A stretch of 63,886 nucleotides of DNA, counting the filler, from Streblomastix strix (taxonomy: Eukaryota): NCBI GenBank assembly GCA_008636045.1. It is 2 parts of 2 records of this genome, joined end to end, with 100 filler letters (N's around TTAATTAATTAA, not from the genome) between each part and the next. Parts side by side here need not be neighbours in the genome. Positions count along the whole stretch, not along the records: positions 32,009 to 63,886 come from SNRW01000074.1; 1 more part is not named here. The stretch is one strand, 5' to 3'. A program made the position numbers and the translations under genes. Each line of letters begins with the position of its first letter. Position 1 is the stretch's first letter. The notes below the pieces were generated by a model. It did no database searches. It saw nothing but the letters and a program-made list of their open reading frames with translations, and was not told where the DNA came from. Below are positions 37,201-50,804 of the stretch, piece after piece.

Positions 37201-38866
37201 GACACAAGCAATTGTATTGCTATAACACGCCCCTCATGAATAAAGTGAAATTGAACTCCTTAAGAAAGCTTTAGTCATTCAAACATCAATTCCTTGTTAT
37301 TTCTTTTCTTCAGCAGCTGAATATGAGAGAACAAGATTAGTTGAGAGACAATAACTTAATTAACCACCTGAAATAACATCAGGTGTATTTGCTAAAGAAT
37401 AACCATCACTTCTCAGTTCTATTAATTCAATATAGAAATCATTCATTACTGGATCAACATCAGAAGGACAGAATAGACTGCATGAAATTGGAGTATTGGA
37501 AGCATAAGCTCAACCGCGATCTTCATTAAGGTAATTTAATTCAGATCATTTCTCAATTGATTTTCCAATGTCTCCTTCTTATAAAGAGAGATTTAAAGTT
37601 CTAAGATCAATATCAGCTGGAGAGAGCACTCTTGATGAAAATTATCATAAAATATCTTTTTAAGCTTCAACTGATCTGTAATTATAAGCTAAGGAACATG
37701 CGGATTCTGTTACTAAGATAATACCATAGATTATATCTTAACGTCTTAAGAACTTGAGAGAAGCTGAAAAAGATGTTGCTTCAAAGATATATTCGATTAA
37801 TAAGAATTATTTGATCCATCAATAGAAATCTAGTATTGGGAAATCAACTGAGTAAGTATATGGGAAGTTTCATGATAAACCAGTTATTGATAAGATTGGG
37901 AAATCATAACAATATAAATCACCTCCAGAGAAAACTACTCAAAAAGCCATTAAGATTATAACAGATAAACTTCTTCACTTCTTTGTAACTGGAGCTGGAT
38001 CAGAAGCAAGGATCAATCTATTCAATGATGCGATTCTAATCACTCATAGGGAAAATGTGATCAAATCGTAAGACCAAACAAAAGGATTTTCAATGAATTC
38101 TGATATTGGAGTCATTCCAGGAGAATTAACAGATGAATGCATCAGTTATTAGAGATTGATTCCATTGGAGAGTCTTGAAGCTGTTTGTGTTGATTCAGTC
38201 ACACCATTTGCTTCAAAAACAGACTCAAAAAAATCAAAATCGAGGAAAACCGACATTGAAAGAAGCCTTGAATAAGAAATGTAGAATATTGAAGTACCTT
38301 TACTCAGATTATTCGCTGTTGAAAGAAGAGATTGGCACATTATTAATAGAATAGCATCTGCTACAAATATAGAAGAGGCTCAATAAGGAGAATAATAAAT
38401 ATTGAATGAAGAAAAGTCATTTATTATGATTAGGAAAGAATAGAAAATAAAAGAAGAAAAGAGTTTAAAGAAAAGTAAATCAAAAGAACAAGAATCAATA
38501 TATGAGAAAGAATAAATGGAAGATAAAGATCAAAAGTCATTACCTCGGCATTTGAAGGGTGCCAGTGTTAGCAAATCAAAAGATGCACCAAACTCAAAAC
38601 AAATTCTTTCTCCATTTGGCACAGCACTCCCGCCAACTGATGATCCCACTTCACCAATTTCATCTCCATTTGCACAAATACTCGCATTAACTGCTAATAC
38701 TACTCAACCAAGTGCACCTTCTCCATCTAACAGTAGAATGATTGCAATTTCACTGCTCTTTGAATCTAACCAGAAGCTCTACGAATTCTACGAGGAGCTC
38801 CTTTCAGCTATTGTAGAATTACGTGGGAAGCAGCGATAACGAGATGAGCTTGGCCAGCTAGGTTGA
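34222..38866 (+). CDS. Rho guanine-nucleotide exchange factor with two DH(-PH) modules
   Basis: ATG 34222; introns 34265-34310 and 34421-34477. DH1 motifs VIQEIISTEQTYVEQL, IFSNVEIL and FLVLPVQRIPRYELLLRELIKNTP, then PH-like YLFNDSI. A second, divergent DH (LLEEKKYYQKLKEIIENYLDPL...EPLDHLTLY) is followed by LFNDAIL. TGA 38864-38866. Confidence 0.88.
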
Positions 38867-39538
38867 TAAAAGAGGTGGATTTGCAATCAAAAAACTGTGG
38901 TTATACATATAAGAACAATTTATGTATAATTTTGTTGTTTTCAAATTTTTAGTGAAATAAAAATTTTTTTATCATATCATATATAATATAATTATTGGTA
39001 TAACACAATGAAATTTGTTCGTTTTGGAACAGTTTCTCGCTCTCTGAGTATAAATACAGCTTGATTATCAACTTAAAATGTATATTTATATTATTATGAT
39101 TTTAAAACACCAGTAATATAACTATTTAAAGTTTCATTAGAGCCTAACAAGACCAGGAATCTTCCAAGCATAAATTAATCATATTTCCTTATAAATTAAT
39201 CTAAAATACTGGCACTTGTTCGCTGGTTAGAGCTTTTTAATCCTATAGTAATGGCATATACCAAAAATATACTCAAAAATAGCCTATAAAACAAAACAAA
39301 AAATTTTTTCCATAAAAACATTGTTTCAGCCCCACTATTATATAAGCACAGTATAACACTTATATATTAATAATACACCTATATAGGTTGTCATTTTTAC
39401 ATTAGTCAACACTCTTGGATCCAAGGGACCAAGCCAATAAACCCCTACAAAAATTACATTAATTTTTTACTTAAAATCTTTTTTATCTTCTTAAAATATT
39501 TTTTATTTTCTATTTTTTTAGTATAGTAATATTTGATT

Positions 39539-42339
39539 ATGCGCATTTTACTATTTTTCTTCGCATTTTCATTGATCGCCGTTTGCCAGTATGATATACT
39601 TTTCTCGGACTAAATTTATTTCATATTTCTCTAATTTGCAGAGATGAGGATGATGCACAACACTTTGATTTCAGTGCAGATGTTGGCCGCATGATGAAAA
39701 TTCTTATTAACTCTCTATATTCAAACAAAGACATTTTCCTACGTGAGTTAATTTCAAATTGTGCAGATGCTATGAACAAAGTTAGGTTTGAAGCACTTAC
39801 TAATCATGACATTTTAGGAACTGGCGACATGGCACGTCTTGATATTCGGATCATAGTCGATAAGAAAGCTAATACAGTCACAATTGTAGATCGGGGTATA
39901 GGAATGTCAAGAGATGAGCTTGTGAAGAATCTTGGAACAATTGCTCATTCTGGAACATAGAGATTCTTAACTGGTGTATCTAATGGAACATCTGCTGTTG
40001 ATCTTATTGGTTAATTTGGTGTTGGGTTTTATTCATCCTTCTTAGTAGCTGATAAAGTAGAAGTTATATCTAAGCGTAAAGATGGATAGCAATGCATATG
40101 GACAAGTAACAATGCCCAATCATTTGAAGTTCATGAAGACTCTCAAGATAGTGTTGATTTATAGAGAGGAACTAAAGTGATACTTCATCTTAGAGATCCA
40201 ACATATGCAGATTCAAAGAAGATAAGGGATTTAGCAGTCCATTATAGTGAGTATGTTAACTTCCCTATATATGTAAGAGTTGAAGAAGAAGTTGGAGATT
40301 AAGAAGATAAGAAAGATTAGGATGAAGATGATGAAGAAGATCAGGTTGAAATTCCATATGATTAATATGTTACTAAGAGAGATATATATGAAGAAGAAAT
40401 AGATAGAGATGGATCAAAGAAAAAGAAGAAGATATAATATAAATATCAGCATGTTAATCCAAGGAAGGCAATTTGGCTTAGAGATCCAAAAGAAGTTACA
40501 GATGATGAATATATTGAATTCTATAGATCATTAGTTAAGGATTATAAAGACAAACCTTTAGCATGGTCTCATTTCTCAGCTGAAGGAGATGAAACTTCAT
40601 TTAAAGCGATTATATTCATACCAGGATCAAATTAATTGGGTGTTGATGAACGTGGGAAATAACTCATTCCTGCATTGAGCTTGTATGTTCATCGTGTTCT
40701 AATCACAGATGAATTTGAAGAGTTTATTCCTTAATATCTAACATTCATTAAAGGAATTGTAGATAGTGATGATCTATAATTGAATGTATCTCGAGAGATG
40801 CTTCAGGAATCAAGACAACTAAAACAGATTGGGAAGAAGATTATGAGGAAGATTATTCAGATGTTGACTGAGATTGCAGAAGCTGAAGAAGCTGAATCTA
40901 TATTAAGAGATGAGAAGATTCTTTCTTCATAAGATGGTTAGAAGGAGAAAGAAGATAAAGATTCATAAGGAAAAGAAGAGAAAACAAAAGAATAAATAAA
41001 AGAAAAAGAGAAATCCAAATCAAAAGGAAAGAAGAAGCATTCAAAAGAAGAAAGAGGATTAGAAGATGATGAATTGGATTCTGATTCAAAGGTTAAGACA
41101 CTTAAAATGGATCCAATTGAAGCATATGACAGATTTATTATGCTATATGGTAGATATCTCAAATCAGGATGTATGGATGATATTCCATAGAGACGTAAAT
41201 TATCCAGATTACTCCGTTTCCACACCACAAAGACTATCAATGAGAAAACTCGTCCACTTTCATTTGACAGGTACATTGATAGAATGATTCCAGGATAGAC
41301 CGATTTCTTCTTCATTTCTGGAGATCCAGCAACATCCAATATTATGCAATCACCTTTTCTATTACCATATATTAGACGTGGATAAGAAGTATTCTTCATG
41401 AGTGACCCTGTAGATGAGCTTGTTCTCAGAGAGATGCGTGAATATGGAGATAGAACATTCAATTGTATTACAATGGTTGAACGTAAATCTCAACACACTG
41501 AATCTGAGTTTGAAAGAGAGAAACTAAAAGAATGGAAGAAATCATTCAAACCACTTTCATACTTCTTCAAGAATGTGCTTGGTACTAATGTTGAACGTGT
41601 TGAAGTCAGTACTCGATTGGCTGGTGATCCTGAAACTCCAGTAGTTATTTCACATGTTGAAGGATCAGCCAGTGCGAATCTTGAGAGATATTCACAGGTG
41701 ATGAATAGAAACAATCCATCATTCCCACTCTATACATCAAGACGTGTATTGGAGATTAATCCAGCTAATAGTCTATCTAAACGCATGAATGAAGCAGTTC
41801 GTATAATAAATGAGAAATAGAAGAAGGAAGCTGCAGATGAAGATTATATTGATGATGATGAGGATGAGTTAATGTTGGAGATTGAAGTTGAGTTGTAGCG
41901 TAGATTGAGAGAGAAGAGGAAATCTGAGAATGCAACAGAATAAGAATTAATTGAGAGTGACAGAATATTTGAGAAGAATAGAAAAGATCGTAAAGCTGCT
42001 TATTAATCATCTTTATAGAGGAAGGAGAAGGCTAAAGTTCAAAGCTCAGAAAATATAGCAAAGATTGAAACAATGGCAAACCTTATGTATGAAACAGCTG
42101 TATTTGAATGTGGGTATATAGTTGAGGATTATAATAACTATTCTGATCTCATTTACTAAGTTCTTACAAAGATGACTAATTTACCAAATGTTCCTGATGA
42201 TGATATTTCATCGGAAGAAGATGATGATAAGAAGGAGGAGCCAGAAGAAGCTGACGAAGAAGAGGAAATAATCTATGATAAAAAGAAGGATAAAAAGAAT
42301 GAATAAGCTTCAACTAGTACCAAGGATAAAAAGAAATGA
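39539..42339 (+). CDS. HSP90B1: ER-type Hsp90 (endoplasmin/GRP94)
   Basis: Signal peptide [17 protein letters not shown]; intron 39589-39641; motifs [85 protein letters not shown] and VLEINP. TGA 42337-42339. Confidence 0.92.
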
Positions 42340-42471
42340 GGAACGCTTCACTAATATTCAAACATTCACATATTCACTTAATAAAAAATCAGTTCAAAGA
42401 GCTATTGATTATCACATTCTTATTTGCAACAAAAAAAATTATTGCAGGGCAGAAAAAATTCCCTTTATTAA

Positions 42472-42807
42472 ATGTTTTTGCTGGTCTTGTATCTCTTTGC
42501 TTCAAGTGCATTTGTTGAGGCAGCTGAGGTTTTATATATAACTTTATGTTCTAATTGCTTTTATATTAGCTACTTTGGACAGAATAAGCCATGTGACCCG
42601 CTTGCTGCATTTAATCCTTTTGAAGACGATGACTGCCTTGAGGCCAAGGGAAAGCACGAACCAGCATAAGATAACAAAATTATAAAAAATAATTTGCATA
42701 AGGAAATAATATAACCAACAATTTATGCAAAGTTTACTGCTGAAATAAACGCGACTGAAAATTCAACAGATAACTAAAAAGATAAAGCACCAAATGTCGA
42801 TCTCTGA
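42472..42807 (+). CDS. Small signal-peptide protein ending in NVDL (possible in-frame intron 42529-42582)
   Basis: MFLLVLYLFASSAFVEAAE...NKPCDPLAAFNPFEDDDCLEAK...DKAPNVDL*; open under TAR=Gln. Confidence 0.55.
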
Positions 42808-42946
42808 GCTTTAATTGTGTGTTACATTTATGTGACATATAAATAAAATTAATTTGAATTGATGTGTGCCGAATTGATTGAAATTAGTTAAACAAGTTAT
42901 GTTAAATACGTTAAATAATAAATACTCTTAAATAAACTCACCGATT

Positions 42947-45900
42947 TCAGCCATATCTTGGCGCGACTCCTATATCAGCATCTATAATCCACGTTCCACT
43001 AAGACCACCTTGTTATTATTAATCAGAACCTTTTCTACTTCGTTATGGTCCACCTCCACTTGAGCTGAGATTGACAAGGATTGGATGACTTGGGTGATTA
43101 ATAGCTGTACAGGCACATATTTCTCCACCCTGAGACTATTCATCTTCACCAGCAGCCTTTTCAATGATTAGATGGCTCTATTGACTTGTGCTAAAACCTC
43201 CATTTGAAATTAAGTCATTGCGTTGTTGTTAAGTGAGTGAAGGGAGAAGTTTTTGTTGACTTGGTAAGAAATGTGGATTACTAAGAGGGAGAATTAATTC
43301 TGTAATATCAACTTTCTCTCCTTAATTGATATTAAATTCGCGTCTTGGAAGAGCAAAGATAAGAACTTCCCAAATCTCGAATAACCATCCACATTCTCGA
43401 TCATTAAATAATGCAATCTCTACTTTGTATGGTGGAGTAAGACTGGCTGTTTGTGTGTGATATTACTACAATTACTGTGGATTCAGAGGTTATCTAGCTG
43501 GTCCACTGATTGTGATGATCTATTAAGGTGCTTATCTCTGCATATTTCTCTCATTCACACCTACTTTAGACTCTACATGTACATTGAATCCAACACTACG
43601 AGCTACTCTAACAGATTTCTCAAAACTACCTCCACGATATCTTTGATGAGATGAATTTGCACTTCCTCCTCTTGATTATGATGCAGATGGAAGAGTTAAA
43701 TTAATTTTGAATGGTTTATTCTCTTCTGAATAAGCTCTGAAAGTGCGATTTGTGATATGGCCTTGAGGACATATGATAATATGTGTACGAGTGAGTATAG
43801 TCTTTGAAAGTGAATTGATTATTGTGACTTCTACAATACGTGGAGTTATAGGTTATGATTGAGGGCCTGAAATACCAAATGGTTCTCTGTGGTTCCCTAA
43901 TGTTATTATAGATGTTGAAGTTGTAGATGAACCACGAGAGAAGTTAATAGCATTGGATATTGTAGGTTGAGGTTATGAAATAGATAAAATAGACTATCTT
44001 TCAATTCCATCACCTGTTATAGAAGTACGTAATCCTTATGTACCAGCATCAAATGATTAGAATAGCATTGGTATATTAAATGATTTCTTTTGATCTAATT
44101 TGAAATGTTGTTACAGTTATCCCATACTAGTCATACTTGTAACTGCTGCATTCCCATCTCCACTGGCAAGATCATCTAATCCAACTCCATCTAATTCTGC
44201 ATTACCAGATATCTTAATACCCAATACTCGACGCAAATGAATGGCTTCATCAAAACTCAATACTCTTAAATCTCTTTCTTCTTAATTCACTTATTATCCT
44301 AATCTTTTATTCTTACCAACAATATTTGTATTTATAATAACATCTACTTCTATTGGAGTATTATGCATATTAGCAAATGGAATATCAAAGTAGAGTGGTT
44401 GTGCAAAACTTGGATAAATGATTCTTGTTGTTGATGAATTCCTTAAATTTAATTCAGAAAGCATTTCTTTCTTTTTCTATTAAATATATTAAGAATAAGA
44501 AATAAATAATAATATAATAATCTCTCTATCAAACCCTTTATCTCTCATCATCTACTTCCTATAGTATATGTCCACTCTCATTAAAGTATTATTCACTATA
44601 TAAATTAGATTTAGGATTTGGAGTCCTTCTTATTTCATTAGCATATGGAGTTAATCTCATATTATTTAATTTTACTGAATCCTCACCAAATTAACCAAAT
44701 CTATTTCCTCTCATATTTTACCTCAATCTTCTTTCATCTAATATTCTAATAAGATCTGCAGGATCATCTTCTATATTCCCAATAAGAGGAACACGTTTAT
44801 GAATAATTTAGATGGTTAATTTCCCCAAATGTTTGTTTAATGGAGGAACAGGAGATGCTAATTGAATATCTAATCCTCCATTCCCACTCTACAATAATTC
44901 AGCTGATATATCTATACTATTTTATCCATCTTATTATCCATCTTATTGTTTATTAGTTATTATATCTAATGGAGTCCATAAATCTACTTTCCATGTATCT
45001 CCTCCTTAGTTATTCCTTTACTTATATTCATTTGAAGTCCCATTTTCCACCAATTCTCCTAATTTAGATAATCTCAGATTAGCAATTCCAATATGTTATT
45101 ATGTAACAGAATCATATACATCCACTTATAATGAATGTTCATACAAGTATTCAGGTAATGTTTGTGTTGTATTTAGAATAGTAGGATATGCATCTCCATC
45201 CAATCTAAATGGAAGTATATTATCAATCTCTTTATTTGATAGATTAGTTGATGATTATGATGATGATTATGATTATGATGTTGATGAAGACGATGGAGTA
45301 CTGCTACTAACATTGTGAAGTGCAGGTGTATGTTATGAAGTGATGGATGGAACTTAAAACATTTGTGTATTGTCTACTTTAAGCACTAATTTAAGTGGTT
45401 AGCTGATATATACATATAATATAATATAATATAATATAATAAATATTCATAAATAAATAGCTGATGCATACCCATCTCGTGATATGATATTTGCTCTCCT
45501 GATATTACTATTTTCTTATTCATCTCTTGCATTAACAGTTGTACCAATATCAGTGAATGCTCTTGGAAGTGAAAAGAATCGAAATGTGAAGAATGGTTTA
45601 ATAGGAAAAGAAATCTTATTTGATCCAAATTATTCATTTTATTGTGTTAATTCATCAGGAAGTATGTTATTATTATCAATAATTCTATTGAATGTAGCAG
45701 GTTGAGCATAAGCATAGGTAGAAAAGCTTCTATTATCTCCAGATTATTCAACTTCATATTCAACTACATCTCTCTATTATTATTATTATCCAAATCCAAC
45801 TCCTCTTCCAGTTCCTTCAAATTAAATAAATTAGAAAGTGAATTCAGAGCATAACTGATTATCCTTCTCTGGAATACGTCTCTATCTATTATATGGTTAT

Positions 45901-48900
45901 GGAAGTGGACATTATTAAATCTCTTAAGGTGGAGCTGATACTGATCTTCTCTAAGGTATTGGTTATTATTCAGGTTCAGGTTCTACTTATGGTTCTGGTG
46001 CTTTTGGAGGTAATTGAGATTATTTAACTGGAATTGGTTCATTTCTCGGATTTGATGGTCTCTATCCCCAAGGAGGAAGTAGATATACAGGAATTCTATC
46101 ATAGAAGTCATCAGGTAAGAATAATTTATATTTAATGAAAGGAGGATATTCAGATGGATATATTCCTGTAGGCATCTCTTTTGGACCACTTGTTATTCCT
46201 CTGTCAATAAAGAATGGTTATGTATGAGGATGAAGTACATTGAATGGAAATGCTAATTCATGACAAGGTGCTACTTACCTAAAATTCTTCTAACTTTATC
46301 CACCAAAAGTCTTTCCTTATTTAATTTATTTATTATTTGTATTTGCTTAATTATTATTACTTCCTGTGAACTTAGGTTTAGGATGAACCCAAGCAGGAGG
46401 TAGAATAGATCCAGTATCTTATGAGTATTCAGCATTAGAAGACCATCCACCATCTTCCCATTATCTCCAAACTACACCTGCTCCTCTTCTCTATAAATGT
46501 TCTACATCCTATTCATGAATCTGTTTATCAAATATTGTGTCTTGTTGAGGTAATAATGGATATTACTTAGGAGGAAGAAGATCTTCTCCAAAAGGTGCTC
46601 TTGTTGGATCATACACCCATGTTGGAGTTAGTTGATCAAAGAATAAAGATACATATGGAGTCCTTCTTAAGAAGAATCTTGAGAAATGCTATGGAGGGAG
46701 TTTGGATAATTCAGGGTATTACTTTGCTATCTTCTCTGGGATACATAACTTTGGACATGATAACAATGCATGTCTTCTTAACTCTCTCAATATCTTATTT
46801 GGTCTCTAATTATCAGTATCATCTACCAGTGTCTAATCTAGATCTTTCTTATGAGGTAATTTCTTCCCTTCAAAATCTAAATCATCTTCAGAATCTTTCT
46901 CTACTTCTTCTCCAGTATAATCTTAATCATCTATTTGAGATCTATTTAATGTTTCATTCTTTTTATTATTACGAAAATTCCTCCTTTTATTTCTTCTTAT
47001 TTAGCTCCTCTATCCAAAATCAGTACTTGCATCCTCACCTTCGATATCAGATTAATCATAATCATCATCTTCAGATTCATCATCATCTTCCTGATCCTAA
47101 TCTTTATTAATCCATTTATCATATTCTCTTTCGTTATCCATCCTTGTATGTCTCTTTGCAAATCTAAATGGAACTACTTCTGTCCATCCTAACCATACTG
47201 TCTTAATTGTCTTGGATGGTACTGGAATCTTTGCTATTAACTTCTTTGGATTTCTTTTAAGAGGTTCTCCTTCTTATGCAACACTAATTGGTACTTCTAA
47301 TTTATATAGTATAGCAAATAGAATTGCATATTTAGGATGAGGGTATGCAGTTGGAATGATTATATTCTAACTTAATGGTTTAGCTTCCATTCCTGGTTTC
47401 TTTTATTCTTTTGTATCTTATTTGGGTAATTATAATACATTCATCCATTTCATTCTACCTCCTTATTTCACTTATACTTTCTATCCTGTTATTAAGTCTC
47501 TTGTTATTATCTGTCCCATAATTGATCTTGAATTATGCTGTACTATAACTAATTATCGCTCAAGTATTTATACATTTGCACTATCTGTATTAAATATATA
47601 CAATGAGACAAAGAAATTAAAAATAAAATAATTATTTTTCTACTTTAACTTATTCTTATTATTTCAAACCATTTGTTATTCCTTATTCATCAAGTCTAAC
47701 AAAATTTGTCTAAACTTTCAGCATCTCATCATATCCAGCAGGAATAAGTACTTTGAAGTCACATATTTTAAGAGGAATGGTCTCCTATCTCAAAGGCTTC
47801 AAGAAACTAACTCCATATAACCAAGGACGTAACATAGCTAATCCTCTTGTAGTTCTATATCCTCTTGGTAGCTTCAATCTCATTTTATGATGACCACATA
47901 TAACTCTAGCTCTGAACTCCCTTCCAAATGATTGAGGAGCTAATTCCCATTTAGGATCAAAGTCTACTCTTCTCCAAGATACTCTATCTAACCATGCAGC
48001 TCCACCTACTTATGGAAGTATCCTCCATGATCCACCAATACCATCATTATCTATATCATAATCATCACCTCTGTTCTCTTCAAATTAAAATGCATATGAA
48101 TCATCTCCAAATATCTCATTGAATATATTCTCTCCTGAAACCTTCTATTCAATTCCTTATGTTTGATCTTTTATTATTTAATTCCCTTCATCTAATCTGT
48201 ATCCTTTCCAATCATCTTTCAATAATTATGGTCTCACTTTTGTATTATCTTATCCATATTCACCAAATTCATCATTATCATATCCTGTATCAACTATTTG
48301 TGTTTATGATCCAACTGATTTCCCACTTATTGTTACTAATGCATTCTAATTGGGATCTACATTCTAATTAGCTTCTTCTTTACCTTTCTTAACTCTTGTC
48401 ATTAATGATTCAAGTAATTTCTTCCTCATTGCATAAATAACAACAAATTCCCTTGAACTCTTCCTACTAATAACTTCATAGAATATCATTCTATCTCTCA
48501 CATCTCTTGGTAACTTCCTTATATCAGATACTACAAAATCTACATCTCTTGAAAGTGATCTTTGTATTGATGGATATCCAGGAGTTATTATTTGAGTACC
48601 TGTTATGTCTTATTATGATATACTAATATTTTAATTATTATCTGGTGCAGGTGATATTTATCTTCCTTATGAATCCCTTGCACTTCCCATATTCTTATTA
48701 ATTGGAGGAAGTGATCCAATCCCTCTTCTTGGTTATGCACTTCCTGCTCTCTTATTAATTGGTTATATTCTCACCATTTCATCATCTCCTACTTCATCTT
48801 CACTTATTCCATCTCTTTTATGCTTCTTCTTCTTCTTCATTCTTTATATTGAATTCCTATTTGCTAGAGATGGATCTATTAATGGGAATCTCAGATGGTC

Positions 48901-49816
48901 TCTTATATCCTCTATTTATTATGCAAATGCACTTCTTAATAATAGAAGCATATGTGGAGACACAATACCAACAGGAGTAGATGTTCCATTTCTATCATCA
49001 AATATTGTATTAATTGGGAGTATTGTATAGAAGTCATCCAACCATCTGTGCATCATTAGACAATATCTGAATGTTGGGAGATCTCGATCAGCTGTGTAAT
49101 ATATAGTTATGATAATAATATATAACTAATTAGTTATAATGAATATTTATTTAGTTGTACCTTCTTGTGTGAAGTCTGCTCCTGTTAACATTGCACGTGG
49201 TGTTCCTGGATTGAGCTTAAATTAGAAGTCAGATGATGGGAAAGAATGAAAGTTGGAATAAATTGTAATATTCAAATACCTCATCAACTTGAACATTTTT
49301 ATAGAATGACAAATTGATACATTCAGAAATATCAATAAGTGTTGATGCATCTGGAATTGGAATCTTCTGCCATCCAAGTCCAATCTCTCTTTCTACACGG
49401 TTAAATAGATCAACAACTATTCATTATAATAGAAAATATTAGAAATAATTATAAAAAAATTTAATATGAAAACAAACTGACAAGTACAACTTCAATAACA
49501 AGTTCGTATTCGACTTCTTTATCGAGCATGAAGTAATGCAAGCTCTGGAATCGACATTTGAATGTGTCTGTGCTTTCCATTTGAGGCCTGCGAAGGACTC
49601 CTTCGTATGTGCTGCCAACAAAAGTTTTATTGGCAGGGTTGAAAAGTGTGAGATGCACCCTATAGAAAGTTTGTGAGTCTTCTTTGTCTCGTCTCTGAAT
49701 GAATATTTTTTTATAATTAAATTTTTTTTCTTTTATTATAAAATTTATACTGTTAAAGGTAACTCGTTTACACCACTTACACTTTGAAGAAAGAAGCAAA
49801 AACTTTATCTTTGCAT
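42947..49816 (-). CDS. NPHP4: Nephrocystin-4-like ciliary transition-zone protein, multi-exon
   Basis: N-terminal C2-like FYRVHLTLFNPANKTFVGSTY...LVIEVV, GWQKIPI and LNPGTPRAML (compare NPHP4 LYHGTPRALL). C-terminal TRIIYPSFAQPLYFDIPFANMHN, PQGHITNRTFRAYSEE and LFNDRECGWLFEIWEVLIFALPR. Short GT-AG introns near 49700-49750, 49420-49480, 49095-49160, 47585-47670, 45390-45470 and 44480-44535. TGA at 42947. Orthology is from recalled motifs only. Confidence 0.72.
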
Positions 49817-50804
49817 CAACTGAATATAGTAAGACAAAAACTGTATGAGAAAATAAGAATATTATTAATGGATGAAAAAATTAGTTCTATTAACAAATGC
49901 AGATAAAGAATTTGAATAAATAAGTAAAAATACAATCTCTAATTATAATATAATAAGTTTCAAAAGGGATTAAAAATGAATATGATAAAGTTAATAGAGT
50001 TATGATGGAATTTTAAATTTAAATCTCGCGAGGGAAATTGCACCATGTTTTTAATAGCTAAAACTTAAAATATTCAATAATAATTGCATTATCAATAGTT
50101 TTCATAAAAAAACATATATATTTCAATAAATTATTCAAAGATATAAGCTGATTTACATATTTTTTCATTAAAGTGGATTTAATCGACATATAGTTAATAG
50201 TGTAATGAATATTAATTGTGAAATAAAATTTTTTAATATATATATCACGAATATTGAATGAATAGAATTAATAATTACTACGAGGTTGGTTCAGTTTTTT
50301 TGCAGTACCAGTCTACAATTTGAAATAATAACCTTAATTTTATAATAAAAATATATTTCTTGATATAATTTTTCATATAATATAATTATATATTTTGCTG
50401 TTAAAGAAATAATTAATTTTTAAATTTAATTATATTTTTTCAACGCATTTTTAGGTATTAAATTAATTTTAAACATTATTATTCGCTTTGAAATAAATTT
50501 TATTATTTTGTACAACAAAAATTTTAAAATATTAAATTATAACTAGCTCAAAAATGACAACACAAAAATTATCATTGAAAAATCAAATAAAACTCAATAA
50601 TTAAAATATAATTTTTTATAAAAACTATTCATTTAAATTTTTATTATTATTAAAATATTTAATAACTCTAAATATTTAATATTTGTTTAATTATAATCAG
50701 TTATTTTTGATTGCAAAAGAATTTGTTGTTTATTATTCATCAATAAAGCATGAATTATAAATTTTTTTTTCTAATTTTTTAGAAAAAGATTTTACTGATT
50801 TTGC

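Noticed and set aside
39140..39450. Slightly GC-richer intergenic segment with palindrome cttggatccaag as a MITE or ncRNA
   Set aside because: No terminal inverted repeats, TSD or recognisable RNA structure could be supported.
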